Below the pieces are notes generated by a model. That model ran no database searches. It saw only the letters and a list, made by a program, of their open reading frames with translations, and had not been told where the DNA came from. A program made the translations under genes and the position numbers. Of a stretch of DNA of 64,000 nt, positions 41,040 to 54,873 are shown piece by piece (positions within the stretch are counted from its first letter, which is position 1; the number at the start of each line of letters is the position of its first letter). Source of the DNA: the human T2T-CHM13v2.0 reference genome, Homo sapiens; assembly GCF_009914755.1 (NCBI RefSeq), contig NC_060934.1, one strand, 5' to 3'.

Positions 41040-42281
41040 TATTACAGGATAAATTGTGTTTCCTAAAAATGTTTACATTGAAGTCCTAATCTCCAGTGCA
41101 TCATAATGTGACTTTAGTTGGAGACATATGTTTAAAGCGGTAATAAGGTTAAGGTGAGGTTATGAGGGTGAGCCCTAATCTAATATGACTGGTGTCCTTT
41201 AAGAAGTGGAGATGAGGACACAGACAGACATAGAGGAAGGATCGTGTGAAGACACAGGGGGAAGACAAACATCCACAAGCCAAGGAGAAAGGCCTTAGCA
41301 GAAACCAATACTGCTGACCTTAGACTTCTAGCCTCCAGGAATGCAAGTAAATAAATTTGTGCTGCTTAAGCCAACCAATCTTGGCAGTTTGTTATGGCAT
41401 CCCTAGCAAACTAATGATGCAGGAGTTTTTCTTAACCCCTTCATCGGACTTGTGACACGGATGCCCCATTTACTTGGCCTGTCATGCTCAACCTCTTGTA
41501 CAAAGAATGCACTTTGGGCACCAGCAAGAGCAGGCTTCATGTGGACCCTGAGGCGATGGTGCCTAGGTGGGGGTGCCTGCGGCCCCCAAAGCCCCAGAGG
41601 GCATATTACAATGCTCTCTTAGCTCCACCGTCTGTGGACATTGTTATGTTATCAGCTCAGTGGGCCTCTTGCCTTGTCGCGTGGGGCTGCTGCTGTCCAC
41701 CAGTGAGGGCAAAGGACTAGTGTGACAGCCTTTTTTGGGTACCTACACTTGGTGGGTCCTGAGCTCTTGTCCAGCGTCCAAGAAGAATGAGGTTGCACGG
41801 ACACTTGAAGGATAATGGAGGTAGATAATTTTATTCAGCGAAGGAAATGGCTCTCGGCAGAGAGGGGAGCTGGAGAGGGGATGGGGCAGGCAGATAATCT
41901 TCCCTGAAGTCTGGCCCTCTCCGGCTGGCTCTTCCCCAAAGTTAAGCCATCTCTCCTCTGAAGCCCAGCCATCCCTCTGAAGTCAAGTCACTTCTCTCCA
42001 GTCAAGCTGCTTCTCTCTCTCTACCAAATGAGTCTGGGTCTTTATAGGGCACAGGATGTGGGGCAGAACAGGCTGTAGATAGTTTTGGAAAAGGCAACAT
42101 TCTATTGGTAAAAAGACGTTATTCAAAAAGAAATAATCAGGAGAGAATGGGCAAACAGGGATAGAAGTTCTCACTTTGGGCCACAGGTTTCAGGCTTTTG
42201 ACTTGATGGTGGGGTTTCACCAGGGACTCACCCACCCCTGTCTGCCCAGAATTTCTGTTTCCTGCCTCTATCATTAACACA
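41040..42281 (+). mobile_element. MLT1B-type MaLR LTR (41040-41414), its last bases displaced to ~42278-42281 by an ERV1 LTR
   Basis: ttgaagtcctaatctccagt...ccctaatctaatatgactggtgtcctt...gtgaagacacaggg...gacttctagcctccag...ccctagcaaactaa. Confidence 0.9.
41415..42273 (-). mobile_element. LTR27/LTR28-type (MER52/LTR1 group, ERV1) solo LTR
   Basis: TG...CA ends; 4-bp TSD ctaa / ttaa; minus-strand CCAAT (42108-42104), TATAAA (42046-42041), AATAAA (41835-41830). Confidence 0.88.
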
Positions 42282-42789
42282 ACCACCAAGCCATCCTATT
42301 CACCTCTGCCTTATAAAAATATGAAATACTAGCTCTTTTCCTGTTCTAAAAGTGCTTTTGACTGGTCTCTGTGGTCTACAGATTAATAATAATCTCTATA
42401 TGCTTATTAGAATTGGCATTATCAAGGATATTACATATATATCCTTATTTAGTATTTATAATATCTTAGTGAGATAGAGATTTTAAATTTCATTTTAGAG
42501 TAACTGAGCTTAATTAATTGCCCAGTGTCACTATGAACAAGTCTCCCAGTGTTGAGATGACACTTTCATTTTAGTTTTTATTATTCAATGTGTAAATTAA
42601 AAGAGTTGGAGTCTTGAAGGTTTGCGGAACTTGAAGTATTGTCTTTTCAAGGTTTTCCTATTGTGCTAGTTAAAATACTTATTGACCAGGATGAAGTCAG
42701 ACCTGCTGAAGTTTACATCAAGGATGGTGGAGAGAAATTAATTTGTGGGCCTGTCTCATCTTCTCCTCAACAAAACCCAGTATGGGGGT

Positions 42790-43000
42790 CTTGGAGACAA
42801 ACAGACCTGGGGAAAATTCCTGCTGTAACAACTGACCAACTCTGCCATCTGGCACAATTTCTCTTAGCTGCAGTTTTGACCCTTTAAACTGAGAATAATA
42901 ACTAGTTTATGGAGGTGTGATGAATAAATGATTGGCTGCATGCAAAACAGCAGAGTGAAGTAGAATAAGCAGTGCGTGTTGGCTGTTAGTATCATCTGAT
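42790..43000 (+). mobile_element. MIR SINE (degenerate)
   Basis: acagacctgggg...attcctgct...taaactgagaataataa...ataaatga...tgttggctgttagtatc. Confidence 0.55.
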
Positions 43001-43959
43001 ATCATGTGGGGATGATCAAAAGACAGAGAGCCCACTAAAAAGTACTTTCTCAATGTCTATAAAAGGTAATTGATTTAACTTGAAATAGTTTAGACTGGGG
43101 GGAGATAGTAAAAATATCATTTCATCTTCCTCATAGACCTGAGCTGAAGCTACCCTTACTAACCTGCTTTTGTGACGGAATCAAAGCTTACTTAATTCCC
43201 AAGGTCAGGCAGCTACTAACTGGTACAGTAAGGTAGCAAACTCTGGCAACCGAGTTCTACATTTTCACAGCTACTTCAGTCAAATCCTGATTCAAGGCTG
43301 TTAACTTTCACACTTCTCAAGTGTCTGTCTTGTTTCCTCAGAACCAAGCCAGTGGTAGATAACGTAGAAACCATGTAATAACCGTAATTGGCAAGGCTTC
43401 ACTTTTCCTACCTCAAGTTACATGTCACCACAGGATATGCAAGGAAAAAGAGAATTTTCCAGTTCCTTTTCCCATCTGGGTCAGGGAATGGCCAAAAAAT
43501 GATCACAGCTGAGAAATTTATGTCCATGTTTAACATCCTTGCAGAGCCTACTTTGCAAGGAGGTAAGACTACCTGTTGTCACTGGTATTTTCTTTTACTA
43601 AAATATAATTTCACATTTAGAAGCTAATAAGGACCTGAAAAGTTAGCTATGCTATTTATCATAAAGGTAATACTATTTTTTTGCAGTGATGGTGCTTCCT
43701 TTCCTGATTTTGAAGTAGATTGTCTCTAAGAAGAGAAATGATATTCCCCTGAAAATCATATGGCCTTCAGGAGGTGGGGGTGGGAGGTCATGAGGTTCTT
43801 TGGATTTGTGGGAAAGACGCAAAGATAATATATCAAAGAAGTTAATGAAAATCATTTACCCAGATGTGTTTATCAAAGATATAGTGTTTATTCATTACCT
43901 CTACCACACACCCCATTTCAAATCATTTCTTAAACCTAAAAACAGAAATTATACACGCA

Positions 43960-44478
43960 CAGACGGCCTCTAACTTATGACGGTTTGACTTACCATTTGT
44001 TGACTTTAAGATGGTGTGAAAGCAATACACATTCAGTGGAAACCATACTTAGAATTTTTAATTTTGATGTTGTCCCAGGCTGTCAGTAAGCAGCAGGATA
44101 CTCTCATGATGCTGGCCTGAAGCAGTGAGCCACAGCTCCCAGCCAGCCAGGCAATCTCAAGGGTAAACAACTGACACTACACTCTACAGTGTGTTGCCAG
44201 TGTGTTTGTGTTATGTATTTCTGCAACCCATCATGTCTATAAAACATCCATCTGTGGCAGTACTCAACACATTATTATAAAACAAGCTTCGCATTAGATG
44301 ATTTCGCCCAACTATAGGCAAGTGGAAGTGTTCTGAGCATGTTTGAAGTAGACTAGCCTAAACTGTGATGAGCCATAGGTTAAGTGTATTAAATGCATTT
44401 TCAGTGTGTGCTATTTTCAATTTTGGATGGGTTTTTTTTTTTCAGGACATAACCCCATTGTAAGTTAAGGAGCATTTG
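43960..44478 (-). mobile_element. Tigger5-derived (MER47/Tigger5b) TcMar DNA transposon
   Basis: Terminal inverted repeats cagacggcctctaacttatga / tgtaagttaaggagcatttg; TA/CA flanks; gtgtattaaatgcattttc. Confidence 0.88.
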
Positions 44479-44934
44479 TATTATTTTTCTAGCCCATCAT
44501 CTCTGCCAGATATTTTTTAATCTTTGAGATTCCCAATTTTATTTGACTATTTCACCCAGGGTACCACTAATCACAATGGCAATGCCAACTGAATTCAGGC
44601 ATTCTATTGTTTCTCTTTGCTCTCTTTTAGCAATTAAAGAAGGATATAAAACTTGATACTTTGGGACACTTCGTTTTAAACTTCGGGAGTAGGACTTAAG
44701 GATTCTGAAGCTGAGGTGGTAACAGCTATATATCCTGCCAGAATTGGTCTCTGAGCCCCAGCCTGCTTCTCCATCAAGTCATAAAAGTGTGCGTTCTGTG
44801 TACTATTGCCTTTAAGGGTCTGTCTGAACTACTTCTCCCAGAACTACTTAGTTCATTTATCTCTTCTCCAGTGTGGACTCTGAATCAGATTTGCTCTCTG
44901 CCTTGTTCCCAGGATTTTCAGATTTTTACTTGCT

Positions 44935-45070
44935 TCTCATTTATTCATCCATCCCACACTTTGGCATTTTCTATGTGCCAGGCATTATGATGGACTTCAG
45001 GGATAGTTACATGGCTCAACAAGATAGACATGGACCCAGTCTTCCTAGAGTTTTCAGCCAAATTGTAGTA
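44935..45070 (-). mobile_element. L2 3' end fragment
   Basis: tcatttattcatcca...ctatgtgccaggcatt...caagatagacatgg...cttcctagagtttt. Confidence 0.65.
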
Positions 45071-46354
45071 CCTGTGAGACAGAAAAGCCTAGCACCTCTT
45101 GCAAGGCAGGAAGCAAAGTAGAGGAGACAGAAATGTGCAATGTAAAGCCTTTTCCTTCCAAAATAAGGAGTGGAATTTGAAAATAATTATGACATTTATT
45201 TTTAAATATATAGTCCCTACCCAGTGTTCTGGGATATATCTTTGACATGGGCAAAAACAAAAACCTCAGCTTCAGCCAAAACAACTCATTCTATGCCCCT
45301 AGTCTAGATTATTGCATTTTCTTACCCCAAATTTACATACAATTCTTCTTCCAGAGACATGTATGATAGGGAAGGGACCCCAGAATGCTTCCTGTTGCCA
45401 GATCAACACTTTCAAACTCCTCCTTGCCCTCCTCTGAATTCTTCTAGCGTAACTGCCATAGAAAGCATGCTAAATATTATTGCTTTGAGACAGAAAAACT
45501 TGGCATTTAATTTTAACTTCACCACTCTACTTAATACCTCTGGGTTTAATTTTGCCATATGAAAGGCCAATCTAGATAAGTGGCACACGTTTACTGCATT
45601 ATTGTAAAATTTAAATGAGATAATATTCATAAAAGCCCTCCAGCAGTTAATATGTGTATTATTTCTTTGCTTAGTATGACTTGAAAATAGTGAAATCTGT
45701 ACATTTTATTAAAAACAACAAGAAAAAATTCCCTGCTTTCATAACTTGCCAGTTTTATTGACTTGCTGTGTAACTCATGGTTGAAACAATGCAGATTTAT
45801 ATTTAAGGTAGAAATTCTCTTTTGCTCATTTCAACCTAATTACACCAAATTTTGCCTTCCTTCCTTTTTCCCCCACCTTAACCATTCTCCTTTTTCCCTT
45901 GTGGCAAAATCTAATGATTCCTATCTTTAATCATGAGCAATTAAGTCACAGTGGAATATCTCTTTGCCTCTGGAATGCATGGTAACCTCATACTCTGACT
46001 TATGAAACTGGAAACGTAAATTACAGCATAAAATATTTATCAATTAAAATTGTGTTAATTTTTTTAAATCCAGGTAATTTTTAACAACTTTTATTCCAGG
46101 AAATTATAAGTCTATATTTGCTATGGTTTCTACCATTAAATATATGTATACACATATGCATACATATATATATATACTATATACATATATAATATTTAAT
46201 ATAAGTTTAATTTTACAATGAACCCAATGTACCAGGTTGGTGCTTTTTAATGAGAAATATATGTAATAGAATGTTTAATAAATCCATGAAATATTAAACC
46301 TAACTTAGTACTTGGGAATCTTAAATCCCTCATTAATTTTAAGAAAGGATGATA

Positions 46355-46399
46355 AATATAAATATATATATATATTTTATATATATATATATATAAAAT
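46355..46399. repeat. (TA)n tract including a perfect 26-bp palindrome (46374-46399)
   Basis: atttt(at)8aaaat. Confidence 0.9.
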
Positions 46400-49344
46400 G
46401 TGCTTTTAGTGATGCATTATTTGAGCCTTAATACATTTAAAAGAATGGCTAGACCAGTGAGCCTAAAGGACGTTAAAGATCTTTCCTATTCTGGATAGAA
46501 CAGAAGTGAAGCTGATGCATTTTTCAGTGTCTGTTATCTACCAGATACTGTGCTAGTGGCTTCATAATCTTGGTCTCCTCTAATCTTCCAGCAACCCCAT
46601 TTTAAAATGCCAAAATAGCCACTTAAGGATAAGGACAGCAGCATCTCTCAAGGCTAACTTCCTCTCTCATACCTAGTAAGTGGAAAAACAGAGGCTTGTA
46701 TGATATTTAAACATAGCCTATGCACTTTTCTATTTCCTACACTGCTTTTAGTTAGAAAAGAAAAAAAAATGATCACAAATCACTGGTAAACATCTGCAAC
46801 ATAGAATAATGCTTCTATTATCCAGAATTTAATTAAATACACAGATACTTTTTTTAGTACCAAGTTGGTTTATGTTAGAGTGTAACTAATATGCTCTTCA
46901 TAGAAATGCAGAAAGACAAGTGGTTAAAACTATTTGTGTAAAACATGATATTATAGCCTTGGAAGTGAGAATCAGGTATGAAGCAATCCTTCTTAATGTA
47001 GGGCCCAGCTTTGCTTGGCCACTTTAGAGATGGAGTGTTTCAGTCCTTGTCCTTGTTTTCCATCTGTCTGGTCTTTGGAAAGCAGAACAGATGTAAATGG
47101 TAGAGTTCTGAGCCATTCAATTAGATTTCATGCACCACTGACCCAAACATTTCTCCTCAATCTTATCTGAGTTGGTGGCAGATGTGCAGCATGTCAGAAA
47201 GCATTTTCAAATTAAAGATGGAAACATATTGTATGTTGGTTGATATGGTCACAATATGTGTAAGTGGTAAAATATGTCACCACTAGAGCAACAACTATGA
47301 TGCAAGAAGGAACAGGAAAAATGGGCATTTCACATTTCCTTTCCTTATTATCAGAAGACAAGAAAGTATAATTTGTCAAATGTGCATTGGAAATCATGGG
47401 CTTCCTGATATGTAATAAAGACCAATGTAAGGCTAATTGGATTGGACTCTGCATTCTGCCATTTACAGGGCTTAATCAAGGCATCTTGGTAATAGAGCTG
47501 AGTCTGTGATGATTTATGTAGATAGGGCTTTGCCATCACTGAAGATGATGAGACTTACACTCAGGGACCCTCATCATTACCCATTCACTCAGCCTCACAA
47601 TCCATGGCTGACTCAAATCATGTTGTGAATCAGCTAATTAACAATGAGATCCTTGCACTTTTATAGATGATCAATTAATACTTGTCAATTTATTAAGTTT
47701 GCTTGATGGGCTTTAGCAGGTTTCTTGTTGAGGTTATGAGAACAATGATGGCATAGAAGAGAGAAAGAAGCAAATATATATGTAGATAACCTACCGGCTG
47801 TATGGACCCTGGGCTTAATGGAGATCTCAGTACACCCTGGGGAAAGGTGAGGCCCAATAAAGGCTTCCATACTGACCATGAAGAGTGTTTTGAACCTGAT
47901 CCAGGATCTGAAGTTCTGAAATCACCCACATATTGTGTCATTATCAATGAGAGTATACAAAGAACAGTCAAAAGGAAATAAACCCATGCACAGGTGTTAC
48001 CTAAAGGATTTCTTCTCTTGGGGGTAAGTGTGAATTCACTTGAGTAGAGAGCATTACCTTTAAAAATTATAGATTAAAAGAATTACAAGGGATATTACAA
48101 CTAATTTTTTCTTCTTTCCATTGAGTGTTTGGGACCCATTTCCACACCCTGCAACATACACACAGAATAACTTTTAGGTCCATTTATTCCCAAAATATTG
48201 AATTTGATGTCCTCTAATTCCTGACTCATGACAGTCAAGAGCAGAGGCCCGTACAAACCAATTTCTTGGTACCTCTCTTCTTCCTGGTTCTGCCAATACT
48301 GAGTTTCCTCTATCAGACTCACAGTTGACCTGTTAACATAGGTCATGCTAGTTTCCTGTAATATTTTCCTCCTGCTCAAATCTGGTACTTTCCACACATT
48401 TATTTTTCTATTATCAGCTACCTTGAGAAAGACAGGAGATCATATATTTAGCTATTTAGCTATTTTTTTTTTTACCATATTGATGTTCATTGTAGTTTAA
48501 ATAACTCTACAGTGGTTGCATTTTAATAAGGCTGCTCCTGACAACAGTCCTGACCGATTTTGGAAAGATACCAAAAATAAAAATAAGGATCTCCAGAAGT
48601 CCTGTGGACTCTGTCGTTGGAGCTGGAGTGTGCCTCCATCCGTAGACTTCCTGCCATGGTTTCCTTCCAGCACATTTTCTTCAGGGCATGGAGGCTGAAA
48701 ATGCCTGACTTCTCCATTTAAATCACTTTAAGCAAAACACAGATTATTTAAGCATATCTTTTGCATCCTCCATGCCCAGTAGTAATTTTGCAAAATTACT
48801 GGGAATCTATTTCAGGGCAAACTTGGCATTTAAATTAGGTGGTTTTAATTAGCATCTTGACTGCATGCAGTCAACAGCATGAAGAGAAGGACAGGGAAAA
48901 ATCACATCAGCTTATATTTTTGCTGTAGAAAAAAATAAATAAAACAATAATATGCTGAAAAAATAACCTCAAATAATTCAAAGCAAGATGGCTGGCAATT
49001 TTCTGGAATTAGAATGATAAACTTTATCATATATTGAAATTGTTATATACTGCAAGACTCCTTTTAATTATCTTTACCAGAATTTTCATAAAGTTTACCT
49101 TTCTTCTACACAAAGAGGCCCACAGACAGTGCCATTGCAGTTATTCTAACACAGGTGCCAAATGGACTCTCACATACATCCCTTCCCCCTCCACTGTTAA
49201 ATATTACCCATCATTCAAGCCATGACTTAAAAACTCACTTCTAGGTTATATAAAGGTAACCTTAGCCACAAATGTCATCTCTCTGTAGCTTGAGAACTCC
49301 CACAATATTCTCATACAGTCATATGGCAAAACAAGAACACCAAC

Positions 49345-49570
49345 ACCATTCATTGTTTACCAGTTCTAGGCAGTACAATCTCAGTGCTTTTCCGGAATTG
49401 CCTCATTTAACCTTCACAGCAGCCAGATGAGGTGTGTGCTACTATAGTGTCCCATTTTACAGGTAAGGAAACAAAGACGCTTTACAAAGTGTAAGTGTCT
49501 TGCCCAAGGTCACAGCTAGTAAATGGGAGAATTGGGTTTGAACTCACAGTCTTTGCACCACACACTACAT
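49345..49570 (-). mobile_element. MIR SINE
   Basis: ctcatttaaccttcacagcagcc...cccattttacaggtaaggaaac...cttgcccaaggtcacagctagtaaatgg...gggtttgaactca. Confidence 0.85.
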
Positions 49571-50989
49571 TATATTGTGAGGTGGAGAGAGTCTCTCAAT
49601 ATCATGGAATATGTTTTACATATTTTCATGTGATTTGAATTTTAAAGATAGTGATTGGAAGTGAACTATGAATAATTTCATTTTATATATATTTTAGTTA
49701 TCAAAACATTGCCGTTAGGCTTTTTCTGCAGTAAATGATTACATTACAAAGCTGTTCAGGAGACGTTATTTTTTTAATCATTCTCTAGCATATTTTTCCT
49801 TTTGTCCTTTTATACTGGTAAGAACATCCAGATTCTCAGATGGGCTTAGCTGCAGCCGTGGAGTATAAACAGGATGGAAAAATAGGGTGTTAACCATTAT
49901 TTGAGTTGGCTCTCACCATCCCATGGAACTAGAAGCAATTTAGAAACAGGTGGCCACAGAGTTTGCTCAAGAAAGTCCTGCCAAACCAAGATAGGGACTT
50001 TACTGACTTCTTCTTACTCTGCTGATGCCACTGTACAGAGCTCAGATGAACCTTGGTTGTTGACTTTACTGCAAGAAAAAAAAAAGCGGTTCCACATACA
50101 CACTCTTTCAACAGCTTGTTGAATTCCAGGCACACTCTGGGAAGCCCTTAGAAGTGATGACCTCATGCAGAGAGGAGGCTGGAAGCTCTGTCATTTCAGG
50201 AACAGTTACGGAAGTAGGAGTGCAATTGAAACTTTGGGGACTTTATTTACCACTGTATTCAATGACTTCAACAGCTTCAATATGGAAGGAGGATTTAATT
50301 TCTTTTGTGCAGGATAAACAAGAGAAAGATCTGGCTCAATATTAAGAAGAATATAAAATGGTCACAGAGTGTATTGGAAAAAGCACAGAAATTTATTCAG
50401 AACACTTGATTCTGAACTGAGACCCTGGTCTTGCTGCTGTCTTCCCATAAGGTTTTTCTGCTTAGACTTTCTGAAATTCATTTATTCAAATGTTAAGTGA
50501 GCATAGTAATATCTATCTTTTAGATTTGGGGAGGATAAAACTACTGAAAGATAAATCAGTTAGCATGCATACTAACATTAGGGAGGAGCATTCAAGGGAT
50601 CAGTACAGGCTGTGCAACCTTTTCCCAGTATTGTCAAATGGGAATTCAAAAATCCAATAAACCTGTAAAATTGCTTCCAAAACAGGGACTATGAAAAATG
50701 AAAATGTCTACCATTCTCCCTGAAGTCCATTAAGGGATTCAAATACCTATAATGACTTAAATAAGTTTCTTTAGTCCGGATTTAGGAAATTGAAGGTTGA
50801 AGTACAAAAAAAGAAAAAGAAAATAAGTAATGTATGCATTTTAGTATTATCTTCTGGAAACAATTTCTTAACCTGTGTGAATTGCACAATCCTTGAACAT
50901 GTGGATACCATTCTGGTCGGTAAGCAAGATGCAGAGTGCTGTAGGTGTGTACATTCTTAAATGAAACATACACCAGTGAGAAGAATATA

Positions 50990-51215
50990 CAGGAGAGACA
51001 GAAGTATTTCTATCCATGGTAGAACTTTCTAAGCAAGTTACCCCCAAATGAGCATCCTCCTGAAGTAGTGAGTTTCCTGCCATGGATGTATATGCTTGAG
51101 TTAAAAATTCCTTGAGCAACCCCTGGGTAGGGAGGTTACACAGAGCTTTCACATACAGATGAGAGAATTGAAGTAAACATGGATTTTGAAGTTCCTTTCT
51201 ACCATGATTCCATTA
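50990..51215 (+). mobile_element. L3/CR1 LINE 3' fragment
   Basis: gaagtagtgagtttcctgccatggatgtat...tgaagttcctttctacc...tgattc resembles the L3 3' end. Confidence 0.5.
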
Positions 51216-51970
51216 TACTTCAGGACTTTAAAATGGGGACTAGTTGGGATAGATCTGTGAAGTTAAAACTGAAGGAACCTTCAGATAGTCTTGACAATAA
51301 GGACAGAAGTCAGAATAAAATGATTTCCTCAAGAATACCTTTGCCTCCTAAAGTCAGCCTTTTTTCTCCTCTTTGTGTATGAAGAGAAAGGGAGTGAAAA
51401 GCAGATGTCCCAATGAAGATGTGATTTTGTATCATTCTGGGGAACTGACACCAAAGGGAATCCAGGGACCCATGGACCAGGAGCCAGGATTCACCTTCTT
51501 CCCCAGCAATAAAAGGGGTGGGAGCTGCCAGCAACTAAATCGCAGTTTCCAGCCAGGGAGTATGGTGGCAACCATGCTGCCTAATACAAACAATGGGTTT
51601 GTTCCAGTGCACACCTCAAGAAATGTATTTAAATTCCAAATCCCAAATGAATTCGGAATAAGAAGAAAATGGGAGGCGCCAAAGAGTAAAAAGTCAGAGA
51701 AAAGTAAATAAAGAGGTAATTTTAGAGAAGAACAGCAATATGAAAATCTTTTCAAGATAGGGTTGTGTAACCAAGCATTTGTGGACAGGGTGAGGCAAGA
51801 TATATATGGTTTTCTTTTTTTTTTTTTTTTTCAGATAAAAATAGCAGTAACTAATTAAGAAATCCTGGATCATAAGGAAAAGTAGAAAGAAGATAAGTCA
51901 GTTCTAGTCCTAGCACCTAAACAGAGCTACTGTTTATCTTTAGATAATTCCTTTCCACCAGTTATTTTCA

Positions 51971-52147
<177 letters not shown>

Positions 52148-53278
52148 TTAAGTTGAAATAGTTTTAATGGCCAATTTTATATTTAATTTTCATATGAATC
52201 TAGACTATTTCTCTTGGTTATTATAAACCCTTCAAAAATACAATTTAATGGCTATGTAATATTCCTTAAATAGATACACATTAACTTATTCTATCTTCTG
52301 ATTGTTGGACAACAAGGTTTGCTTTCATTGTTTTTACTATTCAAAAGAGGTTTTAATTACATTTTTGTTCACAAAGACTTTTTTTCTTTAAATTATACTG
52401 CTAGCCTGGGATTATTGAGTGTGAATATAATTAAAGTTTTAATATACAATGTTGCAATAAGTTTTCCAAGTGTCTTCAGATGAGCAAAAACAGTGTATGC
52501 CTTTTATCACTTCTCTGAGGCAGGGTTTTGGTTGTTACTGTAACCTTCTTTTCAGGATGAGGTCTGGGAATTAGTCATTACTCTGTCTGCTGAGAAAAAG
52601 AACCTATAGCACTTTACAGAAAGCTGCTAATTAATCCTTCCAACTCTCTAGTGTGGGAAGGAGGTAGAAATGTCTCCACTGCAGTATTTACTAAGAAATA
52701 TTGTAAATGGATATGACAGACACCAATTCAAATTCCCCGGATGAGGGAGAGCCGTCTTGCTAGATGATCATGACTTCTGCTAAAAACAACCCCCATTGAC
52801 TCCAGAGGTTTCCTAGAAGATTCTGGGCTGCTGCATTTGCCATGCCCATCGTCTCTATATTTTGAACTCATGAGAACCCTTGGGTCTAGTTCGGGATTCC
52901 ACCCTCTTCCGAAGAGATACATACAGTCTGAAAGTAATGATAAAATTTACTAAGTCTTTCAGGCAATGTTTAAAATTTGTGCCTACAGTTTCCTTCAGCT
53001 TTTGTTTCCATTTGACTGTGGGCATCCCCAGATGCCTTCAGCCGTGGTTTTTTTTTTTTTTTTCAGTCTTTGTAATAGCTAACGCTGACCTCCACGTTGG
53101 CACTGAATTTCCTTTTTTGATCTCATGTTCTCATAAGGCAAGATAGCCCCATGCAGCCTCTGATAGGGTTCACGTGTCTTTGTTAGTTTTGTTTTTGTGA
53201 TTTTTGTTTGCTTGCTTTTTTATTTGCAAGTAATTCCACACTGAAAATTTAAAAATAAAATTTAAAAATAACACCCAT

Positions 53279-53649
<371 letters not shown>

Positions 53650-53914
53650 TCATCATTTTCCATCTACCAAGCGACTGTTCAATAGCTAACATTTTTTTCT
53701 GATCCATAAATGGCCTTTGGGCATATCGTATACTCTGGGCTACTATTTCATAGACTTGAAGATATATTCTGCCTGCATTTAGTTACATAAGACATCCAAA
53801 TGCTTTCTCCCAGGCCCCTGATATTACTTAAAGGAGTCAGATTTTATAGCTCTATGAGCTCCCCTTTACCTGGAGTGCTTCTTTTTATTTCTAGCCCTTT
53901 TTTTAATTACACTT

Positions 53915-54178
53915 TCAGCTACTGCAAATACTTACTCATGTTTCAAGGATCAGCTCAAATATTCAATTTTAGGGACTTTCTATGAACTTTTCCCTGGCAG
54001 AAATTTCCTTTATTACAACTCATTATCGTATTTCATTTTCTCCTGTGTGTTTTTTTCTGGTAGTTGGTAATCTTCGCAAAAGAGAAGGACTGTGTAGTAT
54101 TATATAATTTTCCTTGGTATCTAGCAATTAGTTTAGTAAATGCCATGTTTTAGGTACCCCAAAATACTTGTGAATCAT
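53915..54178 (+). mobile_element. L2 3' fragment
   Basis: cttactcatgtttcaaggatcagctcaaata...aaggactgtgt...tatctagca...taggtaccccaaaatacttgtgaat. Confidence 0.6.
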
Positions 54179-54344
54179 AGTAATATAAATCGTCTGTCTT
54201 TGTTCATTTACGTTATTATTAATTATTTTGTTTAATCTTTTAGTTTGCTTTTCCTCTTGATGATTGACTTGGTTCATTTAATACCCCATTAACTCAGCTC
54301 TTACTCTAAGCAAGCTGCTGTGATAGTTGCTCAAGTGGGAAGTT

Positions 54345-54873
54345 ACAACAGTTAAGAATGCTTTTGGCTGCAACACAAGAAAATCTATAGTTAAGGTATC
54401 TGGATATAGGTGATTTAGTCTTTGATGCAGTGGCTCATTGATATCATCAAGTTCTCAGGCTTGTTTGACCTTTTCACTCTGCCATTGACAGGTTTGTTAA
54501 CTCATGGTCACAGGATAGCTACTGTACCTCCAAGCATCACATTTTCATCTGACTGTGTTTAAGCAAGAAATGAAGAGGTCTGGGTAAATGGAGATTTCTT
54601 TAAATTGGATGAAAATTGTTTTCCAGAAATCGTCCAGAAGACTTTTCCTTATAGTGCATTTGCTAGAACTGGGTCACATATATATGCTTAGTGGCAAGAG
54701 GTGTTGGGAAAGTAAGTACCTGGCATAGGAAAATAGAATTTCCAAGACTGTTTTAAAATAATCATTAATCATATCTGGATTGGGTCCATCATCATCATAA
54801 ACAAAGCCAGGTTTCTCTGAGCAAAGAAGGGGAGACTAAGTTCTTGGATAGAAATGTCAAGTTGTACGACACA
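54345..54873 (-). mobile_element. MLT1K/J-type MaLR LTR
   Basis: agttaagaatgcttttggctgcaa...ctcatggtcacaggatagct...ctccaagcatcacatt...gctagaactgggtcacat. Confidence 0.75.

Noticed and set aside
51373-51755. Overlapping 112-aa (+) and 107-aa (-) ORFs
   Set aside because: No recognisable homology or convincing splice signals
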